This document shows positions 1 through 10,052 of a stretch of DNA of 64,000 bases, in pieces (the stretch's first letter is position 1; every line of letters starts with the position of its first letter). Location: positions 343 to 64,342 of the IMG/VR virus record IMGVR_UViG_3300031629_000002; one strand, 5' to 3'. The notes under the pieces are model-generated. The model did no database searches. It worked only from the letters and a program-made list of their open reading frames with translations, and was not told where the DNA came from. The position numbers and the translations under genes are program-made. The DNA is from a virus (Duplodnaviria > Caudoviricetes).

Positions 1-1255
1 CAGCCTTTTCAAAGGCGATAAGGCGACCTGCATTTTCGTCGCCTTCAAGTGCTGATAGTAAAAGGGATGCTTCACTGCGACGGGTTTCCAAATAAGGCAA
101 AGCGATTTCAGCCGCCTTATACACGGCCAAATCACCCTCGAATACGAATTGACGGCCTTCCCACATAACACCCTCCACACCCAATTCCTTCTTCAAGACA
201 TTGGTGTAGTCAATCGCACGCTTCGTGGCGAACGGTAGAATAAGTCGTGGAATACCGTTTTTAGTGATGGACATTTCGCCACCAACTTCCCATAGATTTC
301 CTATAAACGAGTCTATTCTCTTCAAAAATACTGGCTGTCTATTGGCACCGTAATGGAGGGTGCGATCATCTTGCTTGGTTCCTTTGCCAACCACCGACAT
401 TTCAAAGAGGTGCCCGTATGTCTTGATGAGGCCAGCGACTTCACCGCTTGTAGCCCCCACTTCATAACTGGCAATTGTAGCCGCATTCATGTCACCATTC
501 TTTTGTAAGGTGGTGTGGCAAGTGGAAAGTATGTTTCGTTCACGACGGCTTAGGCGGTTTTCAGCATTAAGGCGGTCATGCCATGCTTTCCAAATCTCAT
601 CTCGTTCCTCTTTACTTTCGGATCTCTTAACCCCAGTCACCGTTTTCTTTAATTGATATTCAAGGCGTTCGGGGTATTTGATAAGTAAATTGAAATCGTT
701 GTCCTGCAATTCCAACAAGCCCCAATCATCCTGTTGCCACCAATCAAATGATTTTAGGACAGCATGTTGTTCTTGTAGTAACATTTCGACAACCGAGGGT
801 ATTAACGCCTCTTCGCCCGCTTTTGAAAGTAATTCGATTAAGTCGGCACCGGCAATACCCAGTTCGTCTTTGAAAAATGATTTGGTGATTCCTACTGTCG
901 GAGAAGCGGTGACACCGGGTTGGTCGGTGGGGTTCGCTGTTTGTTCACCGCCCTTCATCCCCGTGATTTCAGATCCGGTGGTTGCTTGGGGAGGCATTGG
1001 TGCGGCTGTCGGCGGGGGGGTTTGTTGTTGTTGTTGTTCTGTTTCGGCATCGACATCGGTATCTATCTGTGCCAATTCCTGCTCTTTGACCTTCTTTTGG
1101 TCGAGCAACCCAGTCATTTTACCTGCGGCGGCACCAATAAGGGATGGTGCTAATTTTTTTGCGGCGACACCGGCCACTGCCCCAAGCGCAGGGAGTATTT
1201 TGACAATTGCATCGTTCATAGAACGGACTTCACTATTCCAAACAATTCTTGTCAT
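1..1255 (-). CDS. Partial (3'-truncated) protein with low-complexity N-terminus, possible HTH, and degenerate LAGLIDADG-like C-terminal domain
   Basis: Absent from the ORF track because it runs off the window. I translated it by hand: ATG at 1255 overlaps the terL stop (ATGA) and the frame is open to base 2. MTRIVWNSEVRSMNDAIVK...IDSFIGNLWEVGGEMSITKNGIPRLIL...LKKELGV...ALPYLETRRSEASLLL resembles the LAGLIDADG pattern without an intact DADG. Confidence 0.7.
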   Translation of the reverse strand, partial: MTRIVWNSEVRSMNDAIVKILPALGAVAGVAAKKLAPSLIGAAAGKMTGLLDQKKVKEQELAQIDTDVDAETEQQQQQTPPPTAAPMPPQATTGSEITGMKGGEQTANPTDQPGVTASPTVGITKSFFKDELGIAGADLIELLSKAGEEALIPSVVEMLLQEQHAVLKSFDWWQQDDWGLLELQDNDFNLLIKYPERLEYQLKKTVTGVKRSESKEERDEIWKAWHDRLNAENRLSRRERNILSTCHTTLQKNGDMNAATIASYEVGATSGEVAGLIKTYGHLFEMSVVGKGTKQDDRTLHYGANRQPVFLKRIDSFIGNLWEVGGEMSITKNGIPRLILPFATKRAIDYTNVLKKELGVEGVMWEGRQFVFEGDLAVYKAAEIALPYLETRRSEASLLLSALEGDENAGRLIAFEKA

Positions 1256-2688
1256 GTTTCCGACCACCCTAAGCGTTGCGACCACGCCGCCCCATCAAGG
1301 ACTACGATGCTGTCCCTATATTCTTTTGTGGCTTGAACCGCCAAAGCGAGGGCAATAACGGTATCGTCGTGTCGGCCAAGCGACTCCATTTTACCATTTG
1401 GTAACATGGTGAACATAGAAAGTTCGTTGAGTAAAATGTCCATCATCCGGCGTGTTCTACCTTCTTCCTTGTAAGGGAGAATCAAATGACGCTGTTCAAA
1501 GTGCAATTGGAGAGAATGTATAACCGCTTCTTTTCTCATACGGCTCATAGTAAATGGTTTGATAGGCAAGTCGCTAATCTCTTTCAGCACTTGGTGGAAT
1601 GCTTGAGCGAAATTGTTTGTTTCCAATTCAACGATGACGGGGTTGAACCTTGCATTCAATTCTATGATTTTATCAATTTGAGAACTGAAATCCATTCCCT
1701 TTTCATGGTGCATCCAAACCACTCTCTTATGTCTATTCTTATCCATAGCCAAAACAACCATGCAAGTATAGTCGGCCTTTCGGTCGGGGCTGATTGCAGG
1801 ATCCCAGCCGATGTAGTAATTGACATCCTCTTCAAAGTCGCCAGCATATGGGTCAAAGACAAATGCGTGGTCGTCGTCTTTACAAGGGTCTGTCATTTCA
1901 ATTGGGAACAGACTCGATTCACTGGCAATTGGTTTGCACAGGTATTCACGGGTAAATGATATGGATGTCATTTCATCACGGCGTTGATGTAGTGCGTCAA
2001 GCGACCAGCGTTCGGGCCAAAGCGGCTTACCTGTTTCTTCGCTAATCGCAGGGTATTCGCTCACTTTATACCCCTTGAGTGATTTTAGTTCTTGATACAG
2101 ATCAGTGTATGAAAAGGGAGTTCCTACAATACATAACTGTGCAGTGTGGTGGAGAACAGGTAGGAGGGCTGTGAAGAACCATGAAGAAATGTGAGTCAAT
2201 TGGGTAGCGGCTTCACTGGACAATATATCGTCAAGCACTACAATGTCGGGGTGGGCACCACGAACAGCCTTACCAACGGACATAGCCGAGATGGAGGATT
2301 TGTTTGTCATCTTGAACTTTTGCTTGGCCCAACCACGCTTTGGTTTCAAGTGAGAGAGAGTAGGAACTGATTCTATGAGTTCGTTCATTTTTGCCATGTG
2401 TTCGATGGATTGGTGCTGACTGTGAGAAAAGAATAGGACTTCTGTGCCGGGGTTGTATGCCATTTTCCATAATAGATATACCCGATAGAATACCGACTTC
2501 CCATGATCACGAGAAGCAATAACACAGGTCTTGTTGAAGTTCTCGCTCATATCAAACCATTCTTGGTGAAAGTCAGCGACCATGTAATTCTCGGCTTTGC
2601 CGCAAATGTCTTCAAAAAAATACTTGAAGTCACGACGACCCATTTCCCAATCGACTTTGTTGGCGAGATCTAACACAGGGGCACTCAT
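1252..2688 (-). CDS. terL: Terminase large subunit
   Basis: Walker A-like ASRDHGKS, Walker B VVLDD, coupling motif VGTP, RNase H-like nuclease GWDPA ... HDDTVIALALA; 478 aa. Confidence 0.95.
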   Translation of the reverse strand: MSAPVLDLANKVDWEMGRRDFKYFFEDICGKAENYMVADFHQEWFDMSENFNKTCVIASRDHGKSVFYRVYLLWKMAYNPGTEVLFFSHSQHQSIEHMAKMNELIESVPTLSHLKPKRGWAKQKFKMTNKSSISAMSVGKAVRGAHPDIVVLDDILSSEAATQLTHISSWFFTALLPVLHHTAQLCIVGTPFSYTDLYQELKSLKGYKVSEYPAISEETGKPLWPERWSLDALHQRRDEMTSISFTREYLCKPIASESSLFPIEMTDPCKDDDHAFVFDPYAGDFEEDVNYYIGWDPAISPDRKADYTCMVVLAMDKNRHKRVVWMHHEKGMDFSSQIDKIIELNARFNPVIVELETNNFAQAFHQVLKEISDLPIKPFTMSRMRKEAVIHSLQLHFEQRHLILPYKEEGRTRRMMDILLNELSMFTMLPNGKMESLGRHDDTVIALALAVQATKEYRDSIVVLDGAAWSQRLGWSET

Positions 2689-2694
2689 TAAGCA

Positions 2695-4758
2695 TCAACC
2701 CGTTATCTCATTTAGTTCGTCTTCGCTCATGCCGTGGTGGTCGATTAAATCGCCACTATCGTTCTTTAGTCTTGATATGGCCGAAGCGTTGCCACTTCGT
2801 GCGGCCTCGACTACCTCACTCACATAATCCTTGCTGGATGAACCGGAAATATATTTGTCGTAAGTTTTGGCTGGGCCGTCACTCATTGTTTCGTTTTTTT
2901 TTGACTCGGCCCTTGCATTACTGCGGGTTTCAGCCGCCGCCGTGCTTGCAGGGGCTAATGGGACTTTCTTTGGATTCTTTGGTCTTATCCTTGCTGGCTG
3001 TTTATTGGCTCTTTCTTGAAAAACATTCTTACCACCCGTTTGCCCTGCACGCTTGGTGGCAGTAGTCTTCACTGCCTTTGCTTTTGTTTTTGGAGTGAGT
3101 TTGACTTCCTTTGCGGCCTTAGCGGGTGTTGCTTGCTTCTTAGATGGTGGCTTGTGAGTCCCTCTTGTCATTGGTGGTTGTGTGTCCGGCTTGTTCATCA
3201 ATTGTTCAAGTAAATCCGGTTTGGTGGCTTCTTTGCCTTTTGGGGTATTAGCCACGGCTTTTGCGGGTGATACCTTCTTAGCGGCCTTTGCGGCTGGTGT
3301 TGCCTTCTTAGCGGCCTTTGCGGCCTTTGCGGCTGGTTTCTTCTCATCCACGGCGGCTAATGCCTTTGCGGCTGGTGTTGCCTTCTTTTCTTTTGGAGGT
3401 TCCTTCTTGGCTTCGGTTGGATCGACGCTTCTATCAGCAACGGCCTTTTCACGGCGGTTCTTCTCGTTCAAGCGTCCACTTTGACTTCGACCACCCGGCC
3501 CTTGCTTGCCCTTGTCGTCATCGTTACGATCATTGACTTCATTGAAGCCCATGCGCTTTCCTCTTTCGGGGCCGACCAAATCTCCTGTCCAGTTTTGTTC
3601 ATCATTCGCATACTGCGGCAATTGCCTATCTTCGCTGGCAATTGGTGGTGAATTGTCACCAAGAAGTCCCTTTACGCCTTTACCACCTGTTGGTAGTGGT
3701 TTGGTTTCGGGTATTTCCTCGAACTCGGCATCGGGGGCTTGAGATTGTTTGTTACCCGCATTTGGCTTCCACTTATTATTCTCATAATCCCAATTTTCAT
3801 ACACTCGGTTTTGGCCGGGTGTCACATCTCGACCCCATTCGGAGATTTCGGTTCCGAAGTCTCCCGGTTTTGGATCACCATATCTCGGTGGGTTTGCTTG
3901 AGTTTGCTGTGACCCCTCTTCTCCGACCATTCGGTCATAGAAGCCGTCATCGGGTTGTTCTCCCATGGCTTCAAAGCCAGCATCGGCTGAACCACTGCTG
4001 TTCATGTCCATTCCGTCATCGGTAGGTTGAAGACTGGGTGGTGCGCCCTGTGCGGCCTCCACTGCTGGGTTTTGTTGTGCATCCCACTTGTCCCACTGTT
4101 CAAGATCTTCTTGTGTGCCACGACCCCGTATGTATTCCCGTGAAGGGAAGTCTTGGCCGGGTTCGGTGTTCCTATCCTGTTGCCATCGTTTGTAAGTGGG
4201 ACTCATATTTGCTACTGGGGTATTGTTCCATGAAACCATTGGTGGTTCTTCGGTAGTTTCCGGTTGAAGTCCCGGTGGTGTAGCCTGTGCTTCTTCCACA
4301 GAACCGGCTTGCGGCTTTGGGTTTCGCTTGAACTTATCCATAAATCGACCCATCATCCCTTTCTTATTCGGGTCACGGGTTTCTTGTTGTCCTGCTTTGA
4401 AGTTCGCACCCATGCCCTTTGGTGGGGCTTGAGCAGGTGGTCGTTCTTGTCCAAATGTAGTGGAGCCTTGTGTTGGATCACCAAACATTCCGCCGGTAAT
4501 AGATTCAGCCGTGTCGCCACCTTGAGGTGTTGCTTCCTGTGCCATAGAATCTACACGCTTCTTTTCATCTTGGTCGGCATAGAATTGTCGGTGGCTGTTA
4601 AAGGCTTCCATCTCTTCGGCGGATAATTGAGGTGGTGCCTTGATAACATGTTCCCATACCATTGAAAACATATCATCATTCTTTGGTGCCTTTCGTAGTG
4701 GTTCCTTGCCAATCATTTCAGCACGGGCTTTGAGTAACATGTCGTCGTATCTGTCCAT
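2695..4758 (-). CDS. Large low-complexity protein (acidic N-half, K/A-rich histone-H1-like C-half); candidate internal virion/DNA-binding protein
   Basis: 687 aa with PAAKAAKAAKKATPAAKAAKK repeats; motif variant DDMFSMVWEHVIKA near the N-terminus; directly upstream of terL. Confidence 0.7.
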   Translation of the reverse strand: MDRYDDMLLKARAEMIGKEPLRKAPKNDDMFSMVWEHVIKAPPQLSAEEMEAFNSHRQFYADQDEKKRVDSMAQEATPQGGDTAESITGGMFGDPTQGSTTFGQERPPAQAPPKGMGANFKAGQQETRDPNKKGMMGRFMDKFKRNPKPQAGSVEEAQATPPGLQPETTEEPPMVSWNNTPVANMSPTYKRWQQDRNTEPGQDFPSREYIRGRGTQEDLEQWDKWDAQQNPAVEAAQGAPPSLQPTDDGMDMNSSGSADAGFEAMGEQPDDGFYDRMVGEEGSQQTQANPPRYGDPKPGDFGTEISEWGRDVTPGQNRVYENWDYENNKWKPNAGNKQSQAPDAEFEEIPETKPLPTGGKGVKGLLGDNSPPIASEDRQLPQYANDEQNWTGDLVGPERGKRMGFNEVNDRNDDDKGKQGPGGRSQSGRLNEKNRREKAVADRSVDPTEAKKEPPKEKKATPAAKALAAVDEKKPAAKAAKAAKKATPAAKAAKKVSPAKAVANTPKGKEATKPDLLEQLMNKPDTQPPMTRGTHKPPSKKQATPAKAAKEVKLTPKTKAKAVKTTATKRAGQTGGKNVFQERANKQPARIRPKNPKKVPLAPASTAAAETRSNARAESKKNETMSDGPAKTYDKYISGSSSKDYVSEVVEAARSGNASAISRLKNDSGDLIDHHGMSEDELNEITG

Positions 4759-4764
4759 TTGAAA

Positions 4765-5700
4765 TCACCTTTGCATTTGCTTGCGGAGCATAATATGTCC
4801 GATAGAATCGTGAATGCGTTCAGCCGAAGCGAACTTCATGTTTGTTGGTTGTCCACCAGCCGCACGCATTCCCATGTTTGTATTTGCTTGATTGAAGCGG
4901 TCAGTCTGTGCTGTGGCGGCTGTGTTTGCTTTGTTGCGGGCACCCATTCCTGTGGAACCCATACCGGCTGTTAAACCGCCTGTCATAACATCAGCGAACT
5001 TACCCATACCAGATCGATTCTTCATCCAAGACTGTTTGTCGCCGCCTTTTCCTGCTTGTAATGCTTGAGCGTCAGCACCAAAGGCCATAGTTTGGGCCGC
5101 TTCTTGCATTTTGTTTGGTGCGGCGGCGGCTGGTGCGGCGGCGGCTGGTGCGGCGGCTGGTGCGGCTGGCCCTGCTGGTGCGGCGGCGGCTGGTGCGGCG
5201 GCGGCTGGGAGTGGGACGGCGGCTGGCCCTGCTGGTGCGGCGGCGGCTGGGAGTGGGACGGCGGCTGGCCCTGCTGGTGCGGCGGCGGCTGGGAGTGGGA
5301 CGGCGGCTGGCCCTGCTGGTGCGGGAACTGGTGGGGTGAGGGTTGGTGCGTTTCCTTGTGTGAGAGCCGTCTGTTGCTCCCTTCCTCTTTCGGATTGGAG
5401 GTTTCTTACTTGATCATTAGCGTATTGATTTGCTGAACCACCTATTGCGGCTTGGGCGGAAGGTTCTGCGTTATTGAATGCCCTTTTGGCTTGACCTCCG
5501 GCCATTTTATCGCTTACTGTGTTTTTGACTTTTGATGCGGCACCAGCAACAGCACCGGGAGTATTTGCTATGGCGGCGGCAGTGGATGTAATGGCGTTGC
5601 CAACCTTGTCCATCCTTGCTCCTTTTTGAAAAGCCTCTCGTTCAGCAATCATTCTTGCTCTCGCCATTCGATCTGCACTAAACTCTCTTCTACTTACCAT
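4765..5700 (-). CDS. Ala/Pro/Gly-rich hypothetical protein with tandem repeat
   Basis: 311 aa ORF containing (PAAAAPAGPAAVPL)n; GGTGA SD-like motif upstream. Confidence 0.75.
   Translation of the reverse strand: MVSRREFSADRMARARMIAEREAFQKGARMDKVGNAITSTAAAIANTPGAVAGAASKVKNTVSDKMAGGQAKRAFNNAEPSAQAAIGGSANQYANDQVRNLQSERGREQQTALTQGNAPTLTPPVPAPAGPAAVPLPAAAAPAGPAAVPLPAAAAPAGPAAVPLPAAAAPAAAAPAGPAAPAAAPAAAAPAAAAPNKMQEAAQTMAFGADAQALQAGKGGDKQSWMKNRSGMGKFADVMTGGLTAGMGSTGMGARNKANTAATAQTDRFNQANTNMGMRAAGGQPTNMKFASAERIHDSIGHIMLRKQMQR
5117..5322. repeat. Coding tandem repeat (42-bp unit about x3, plus GCGGCGGCGGCTGGT subunits)
   Basis: Unit GCTGGCCCTGCTGGTGCGGCGGCGGCTGGGAGTGGGACGGCG is directly repeated. 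Confidence 0.9.
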
Positions 5701-7732
5701 TAAAAATCACCTTCACTAATTGTATGCAATCCAACGGGATGTCCATTGATTTGGACATCTCACGCCAGTCGCCCCTGCTGTTGAGGATAGCGACGACATC
5801 GGAAACGGGTCGTTGTATTTGACCTGCCATCATGGCAAGGTCTATTGCGTTGGATTGAATCATAGGGGTATGAGGAACTGCCTTTGCGATGGTTTCATCT
5901 TGCAGTGCTAATTGACATTGGACGGTTTCGAGCATGGACTCGATTTCTTCTTTTCCGAAGACATTTCCAGCATGTCCCGCACCTTTTCCGGTCATGTATG
6001 CAAGTTTATCAGCCATTCCTCTCCATCCTTCTCTAAACCGTGGCGGGCCGTCCTGCCGATTAGGCCCAGCAGGTTGCGCTTGAAAAGGGTTTAGGCGAGC
6101 AGGAGATTGTTCGGGTGGAATGTTTGGGGGTATTTGACCCACGGGTGCTGGTGGTGCTGGCTGTTGTAATCGCACTGGCGGTGCTGGTGCTTGGCGAGGA
6201 ACTGGTGGTGCTGGTGGTTGCTGTTGAATGACTGGCGGGGCAGGAGGCTGTGCCTGTTGCATTGGCGGTGAGGGTGCCGGTGCTGGTGGTATTACTGGGG
6301 CTGACCGAGTGTTGGGCGGATTTGGGCGATTCGCTCCACGGGCTTCGGCTCTCCGTTGGGCTTGAGCCTCCATTTGCCCTTGTAAGTCGTTTCTTGGTTG
6401 AGGTTGGGTTTGTCCTTCGTTTGGTTGAGGTTGCTGTGCTTGGGGTTGCATTCTATTTTGCGGAGGCTGAATACCCGGATGGTTCGATTGAAGGTGGCTG
6501 ATGAAACCGCTAATGAGGCGATCCGCCGCCGAGCCACCGGAACCTTGACCCATCAAATGTTCCATTGGAGGGAGGTCAGTCATGTTATACTTCTTACCTA
6601 AGTATTCATGGAGTTTAGGTAAGTAATGCCTCTTTGTAGTTCTTGCCCCGTTGTAAAGGTCTGTTCCCTTTTCGTTTTTGAATCCGTCTTCAAACCATGT
6701 GCTGTAAGCATCTGTTGGTGATTGAGGCATAACATTTGCTTCTTGCTGTTGTCCCTCAATCGCTTGCTGTGCCAAATCCGGTGCCGCATCGGCAACGATG
6801 CCCGGTGTTTCATTAGATTGGATGGATTCTCTTTGTCGGATTCCGTAAAGGTGCTGAATGTTCGTTTTGTTTTGAGGTGCGTAATTACTCAACACAGGGT
6901 GTCGAAGCCATGCTTCTTGAACCATTTCGGGTGTTAATTCCTGCCCGTTATTTTGAGCATGACGGGCTAATTCATTCACCATAGCAATACTGTGTTTCTG
7001 TGCTTCGTGATTGATATATACCCCGTTTGGGCGCACCTTGTCGGCTTTGATTGATTCGCTGGTGTTGCCCTTATGGCCTTGTTGCTCACGCACCCACTTG
7101 AGTCCTTCTTGGTATGGGCGATTCCATGACTCGTTCATTAGGTTCTCTTGATCACGGTTTCCTACACGCAATTTAGGAACACCGTGTGCGTCAAATTGCC
7201 AAGGGGTTTCTTTTTTCTGTGGCCCCCAAACACCTTCTCGCCACTGCTGTGTCAAGACAGAACGCCCTAAATCCGTGCTGAACGGTAGAGGAATGTCGTC
7301 GGGGATTTTGTCAAGCCCTTTTCCTGTCATACCTGCTTCATCTCGTTTTTGCGCCCAAAGGTGGTTTTGAACTTCAACAGCGTGGTTTATGTGCTTGCTA
7401 CCGATATTGATTGCTTTTTGGAGTGTGGCTTTGTATGTGTCTTCGTCGCCCTGCGGCCCCGCTTGAATAATTGCGGCTTCTTGAATTGTTAAGTGACTTG
7501 GATCTGATGGGTCAGCATTGTATATTGCTTCATAGACAGCATCGGCTTCTACACCAGTTAAGTGGTCGCCGGTAATATCACCCATAGGCATTGGGTAGGC
7601 TGTCAATTTGCCGTCTTCACCTATTTGTCCAATCAACCCGTTAATGAGTGCATCGAAGTCATAGAACCCCATACCCTTGTTAATGATAGTGCATCGGTCA
7701 AGAATGGCCCATGGTGTGCGTAGTAATGTCAT
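5690..7732 (-). CDS. Hypothetical protein with Pro/Gln-rich linker
   Basis: 680 aa ORF; ATGA overlap with the upstream gene. Confidence 0.75.
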   Translation of the reverse strand: MTLLRTPWAILDRCTIINKGMGFYDFDALINGLIGQIGEDGKLTAYPMPMGDITGDHLTGVEADAVYEAIYNADPSDPSHLTIQEAAIIQAGPQGDEDTYKATLQKAINIGSKHINHAVEVQNHLWAQKRDEAGMTGKGLDKIPDDIPLPFSTDLGRSVLTQQWREGVWGPQKKETPWQFDAHGVPKLRVGNRDQENLMNESWNRPYQEGLKWVREQQGHKGNTSESIKADKVRPNGVYINHEAQKHSIAMVNELARHAQNNGQELTPEMVQEAWLRHPVLSNYAPQNKTNIQHLYGIRQRESIQSNETPGIVADAAPDLAQQAIEGQQQEANVMPQSPTDAYSTWFEDGFKNEKGTDLYNGARTTKRHYLPKLHEYLGKKYNMTDLPPMEHLMGQGSGGSAADRLISGFISHLQSNHPGIQPPQNRMQPQAQQPQPNEGQTQPQPRNDLQGQMEAQAQRRAEARGANRPNPPNTRSAPVIPPAPAPSPPMQQAQPPAPPVIQQQPPAPPVPRQAPAPPVRLQQPAPPAPVGQIPPNIPPEQSPARLNPFQAQPAGPNRQDGPPRFREGWRGMADKLAYMTGKGAGHAGNVFGKEEIESMLETVQCQLALQDETIAKAVPHTPMIQSNAIDLAMMAGQIQRPVSDVVAILNSRGDWREMSKSMDIPLDCIQLVKVIFNGK

Positions 7733-9402
7733 CGCTTGCTGGCCCCCGCAAATGCGACCGGCATTAGCGTGGTGTCTTCAAACTTCCACCCTTTGAGGTT
7801 CTCGGTCGGGCCGGTTGGGGCACTGTTTCTTTCCTCACTTGCTTGACTTCCTCTCTTAGCGTCAGCGTCATGTTCGGGTGTTGCCTTTGTTAATTTTTCT
7901 ACGGCGGTAAGGAGTTTAGTCAATTGCTGTTTTAGTTTTTGGAGTTCGTTTAATTTGAAGCCACTGATGTCAGTTCCTCGGAGGCCAAGTTTGGCACCCT
8001 TCTCCATTTTCAAAGCGTCCCCACTAAGAGGGTCGTGTATTAGTGACCCTTCTCGGTCAGCGTTCTTTGGTTTTTTGAATGATGTGCCTTTGCTGGATGA
8101 AGGCTGTGAACCCATACGGGTTCCTCGCCCACTCATACCGATAGTTTGCACCTTTTCGCCAGTGATACCACGGGTGTCAGCGTGTGCCGACATTCCAGTA
8201 GGGAGTGACCCCATTTCACGGCGGAACTTCTCGGAGGCTAATTTGCGCTGGTAAGCAACAGGATCACGAAGACGCAAAGGCATATCCTTTGCCCGTGGGT
8301 TGCCACTAAACATACGGCGAGGTGCAAAGGCTTGACGCTTAGTATGGCGAGTGAGGTTCTGTTCAGTCGAAGCGGCACGGCGGGAGGTCTTGCTTTTTGG
8401 CTGACGGCTTGCTTCTTGCTTGCCTTTTTTGGCCTTGCGCCTTCGCTCTCGCTTATGCTTCTTTTTAGACTTCTTTTCATCCTCTTCGGATTCTTCATCC
8501 TCTTCATACTTACGCCCCTTTTTCTTTCGCTTTGATTTTGTAATATCGGAAATGAATACGGTGTCGGATGATGCTTGGATGTCTTTGTTCCAATCCTCCG
8601 GTAGTTCGCCAACCGGGGTAGGTGCGAACCATTTGAATGAATCTTCGGGCCAACCACCAAGCGGGTGAGGTATTTGTTCTTTGATTTTTTGTTGGGCTTC
8701 TAAGGCTTGATGTGGTTTTATGTCAGCCCCGGATGCGAAACCCGTTGATCTTGGCCCCATCATACCAGCGTCCCCTAATTCAATTAAGTCGTGAAGCATG
8801 TAGCCTTGAGAAGTTTTTCTTTCTTCGTCGGTCATATCTACCGCCCATTGGTCGTCCATCTGATCAGCCGACATTTGTTCCATGTCGGCAATCATCTCTT
8901 CTCTTGTTGGGAGGTCTTTGTCTCCATCGTTCTTCACCAACGACCAAGCGTCTTCAAATGCGTCGTTGCTACGACCGAATACCATTCCCGGCCCTTCACG
9001 CCGAACAGAACCAACGCTGGCACCGGCTGAAATACCCATACCGTTTCGATGGCCCATATCAACACCCATAGCCGATTCAAGCAATTCGCTTTCACCGTTC
9101 ACCATAGGTGTGTCATTTAGTGTTTCGGCCATTTCCTCCGCATGGATTGAAATGTGTGGGAGGTCGCCCTCCATCTCTTTGAGTGCTTTTTTGCGGCGTG
9201 TCGCCGGATCCATCTGTTCTCTTGTTTCATGTGAAGCCGCACCAAATTGGCTGATATGCGACAAACCGTCAGCATTTTCATTTGGGTTCACATCGTAATC
9301 GCCCATCATCTCACGGGGATTATGCCCTCCTGTGAACTCTTGAACCCGTATGGATGTATCATTGGGGTTAAGGTTGGGGGCTTGCGGGGGCATTTCAATC
9401 AC
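7729..9402 (-). CDS. Hypothetical protein with basic/acidic tracts and internal AFEDAWSLVK motif
   Basis: 557 aa; KSKRKKKGRKYEEDEESEEDEKKSKKKHKRERRRK block. Confidence 0.75.
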   Translation of the reverse strand: MIEMPPQAPNLNPNDTSIRVQEFTGGHNPREMMGDYDVNPNENADGLSHISQFGAASHETREQMDPATRRKKALKEMEGDLPHISIHAEEMAETLNDTPMVNGESELLESAMGVDMGHRNGMGISAGASVGSVRREGPGMVFGRSNDAFEDAWSLVKNDGDKDLPTREEMIADMEQMSADQMDDQWAVDMTDEERKTSQGYMLHDLIELGDAGMMGPRSTGFASGADIKPHQALEAQQKIKEQIPHPLGGWPEDSFKWFAPTPVGELPEDWNKDIQASSDTVFISDITKSKRKKKGRKYEEDEESEEDEKKSKKKHKRERRRKAKKGKQEASRQPKSKTSRRAASTEQNLTRHTKRQAFAPRRMFSGNPRAKDMPLRLRDPVAYQRKLASEKFRREMGSLPTGMSAHADTRGITGEKVQTIGMSGRGTRMGSQPSSSKGTSFKKPKNADREGSLIHDPLSGDALKMEKGAKLGLRGTDISGFKLNELQKLKQQLTKLLTAVEKLTKATPEHDADAKRGSQASEERNSAPTGPTENLKGWKFEDTTLMPVAFAGASKR

Positions 9403-9414
9403 TCACTATATGGG

Positions 9415-9741
9415 TTATCGTTTTGCTTCTTTAGCGGCTTGCATTCTCTTGAGTCGTTCTAATAAATCTGGATCTCTCGGCATCCCAGCATTGTTTGATG
9501 GGACGACATCGGGTCGCCCCGACGATGAAAGAACTCCGTCGAGTGAACCTTCTTTGGGTAGGTGTGGATTGTTTTTGACGATAGACCAGCCTGTGCTGAA
9601 TGCTCGGCCAAGAGATTTGGCGACTTTTTTAGCAGGGTCTTTTGTATTAGATTCACGCTTGCCGCCACATGCTATACACGGTTCTTCACCCATTCTCATA
9701 TGTGGACATCCCATGTCAAAGGTTTTCGTTGGTTCGGCCAT
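9415..9741 (-). CDS. Small Cys-containing protein with AFSTGWSIVK motif
   Basis: Start moved to MAEPTK (GGTGTGA SD-like motif upstream); CPH...CIAC. Confidence 0.65.
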   Translation of the reverse strand: MAEPTKTFDMGCPHMRMGEEPCIACGGKRESNTKDPAKKVAKSLGRAFSTGWSIVKNNPHLPKEGSLDGVLSSSGRPDVVPSNNAGMPRDPDLLERLKRMQAAKEAKR

Positions 9742-9746
9742 ATGTA

Positions 9747-10052
9747 TCACACCTTCCATGGGCACGGTGTCCCGGATTTCCACGCTAACCCCGGAGATCT
9801 GCCGCATTTTTTACACGATGCAGTAGTATCGTAGCCCGAATATGGCGGGGTTGTTACTTTTCCGCCACATTTTTTTCCTTCTTCTTTAATCACAGACCAG
9901 CCGACGCTGAACGCCTTTTCAACCCTATCCGGGTGCGGCTGAACATCTTGATAGCCGCATTCCGAATCGGGGCATCTCACCCATGTATCGTCAGTGCGAA
10001 CCATTTGTTTATCACAGTCGTTGCATAGTCCTATTTTGTCTTTCTTTGCCAT
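9747..10052 (-). CDS. Zn-ribbon protein with AFSVGWSVIK motif
   Basis: CNDC...CPDSEC...CKKC; TAATG overlap with the upstream stop. Confidence 0.7.
   Translation of the reverse strand: MAKKDKIGLCNDCDKQMVRTDDTWVRCPDSECGYQDVQPHPDRVEKAFSVGWSVIKEEGKKCGGKVTTPPYSGYDTTASCKKCGRSPGLAWKSGTPCPWKV

Noticed and set aside
678-1358. 226-aa plus-strand ORF with a poly-Cys run
   Set aside because: Antisense shadow of the real minus-strand gene 1-1255; the poly-Cys mirrors its poly-Gln codons.
5065-5436. Repetitive plus-strand ORFs (WCGGG, GAAAA and VRRRL repeats)
   Set aside because: Alternative frames of the coding tandem repeat in the minus-strand gene 4765-5700.
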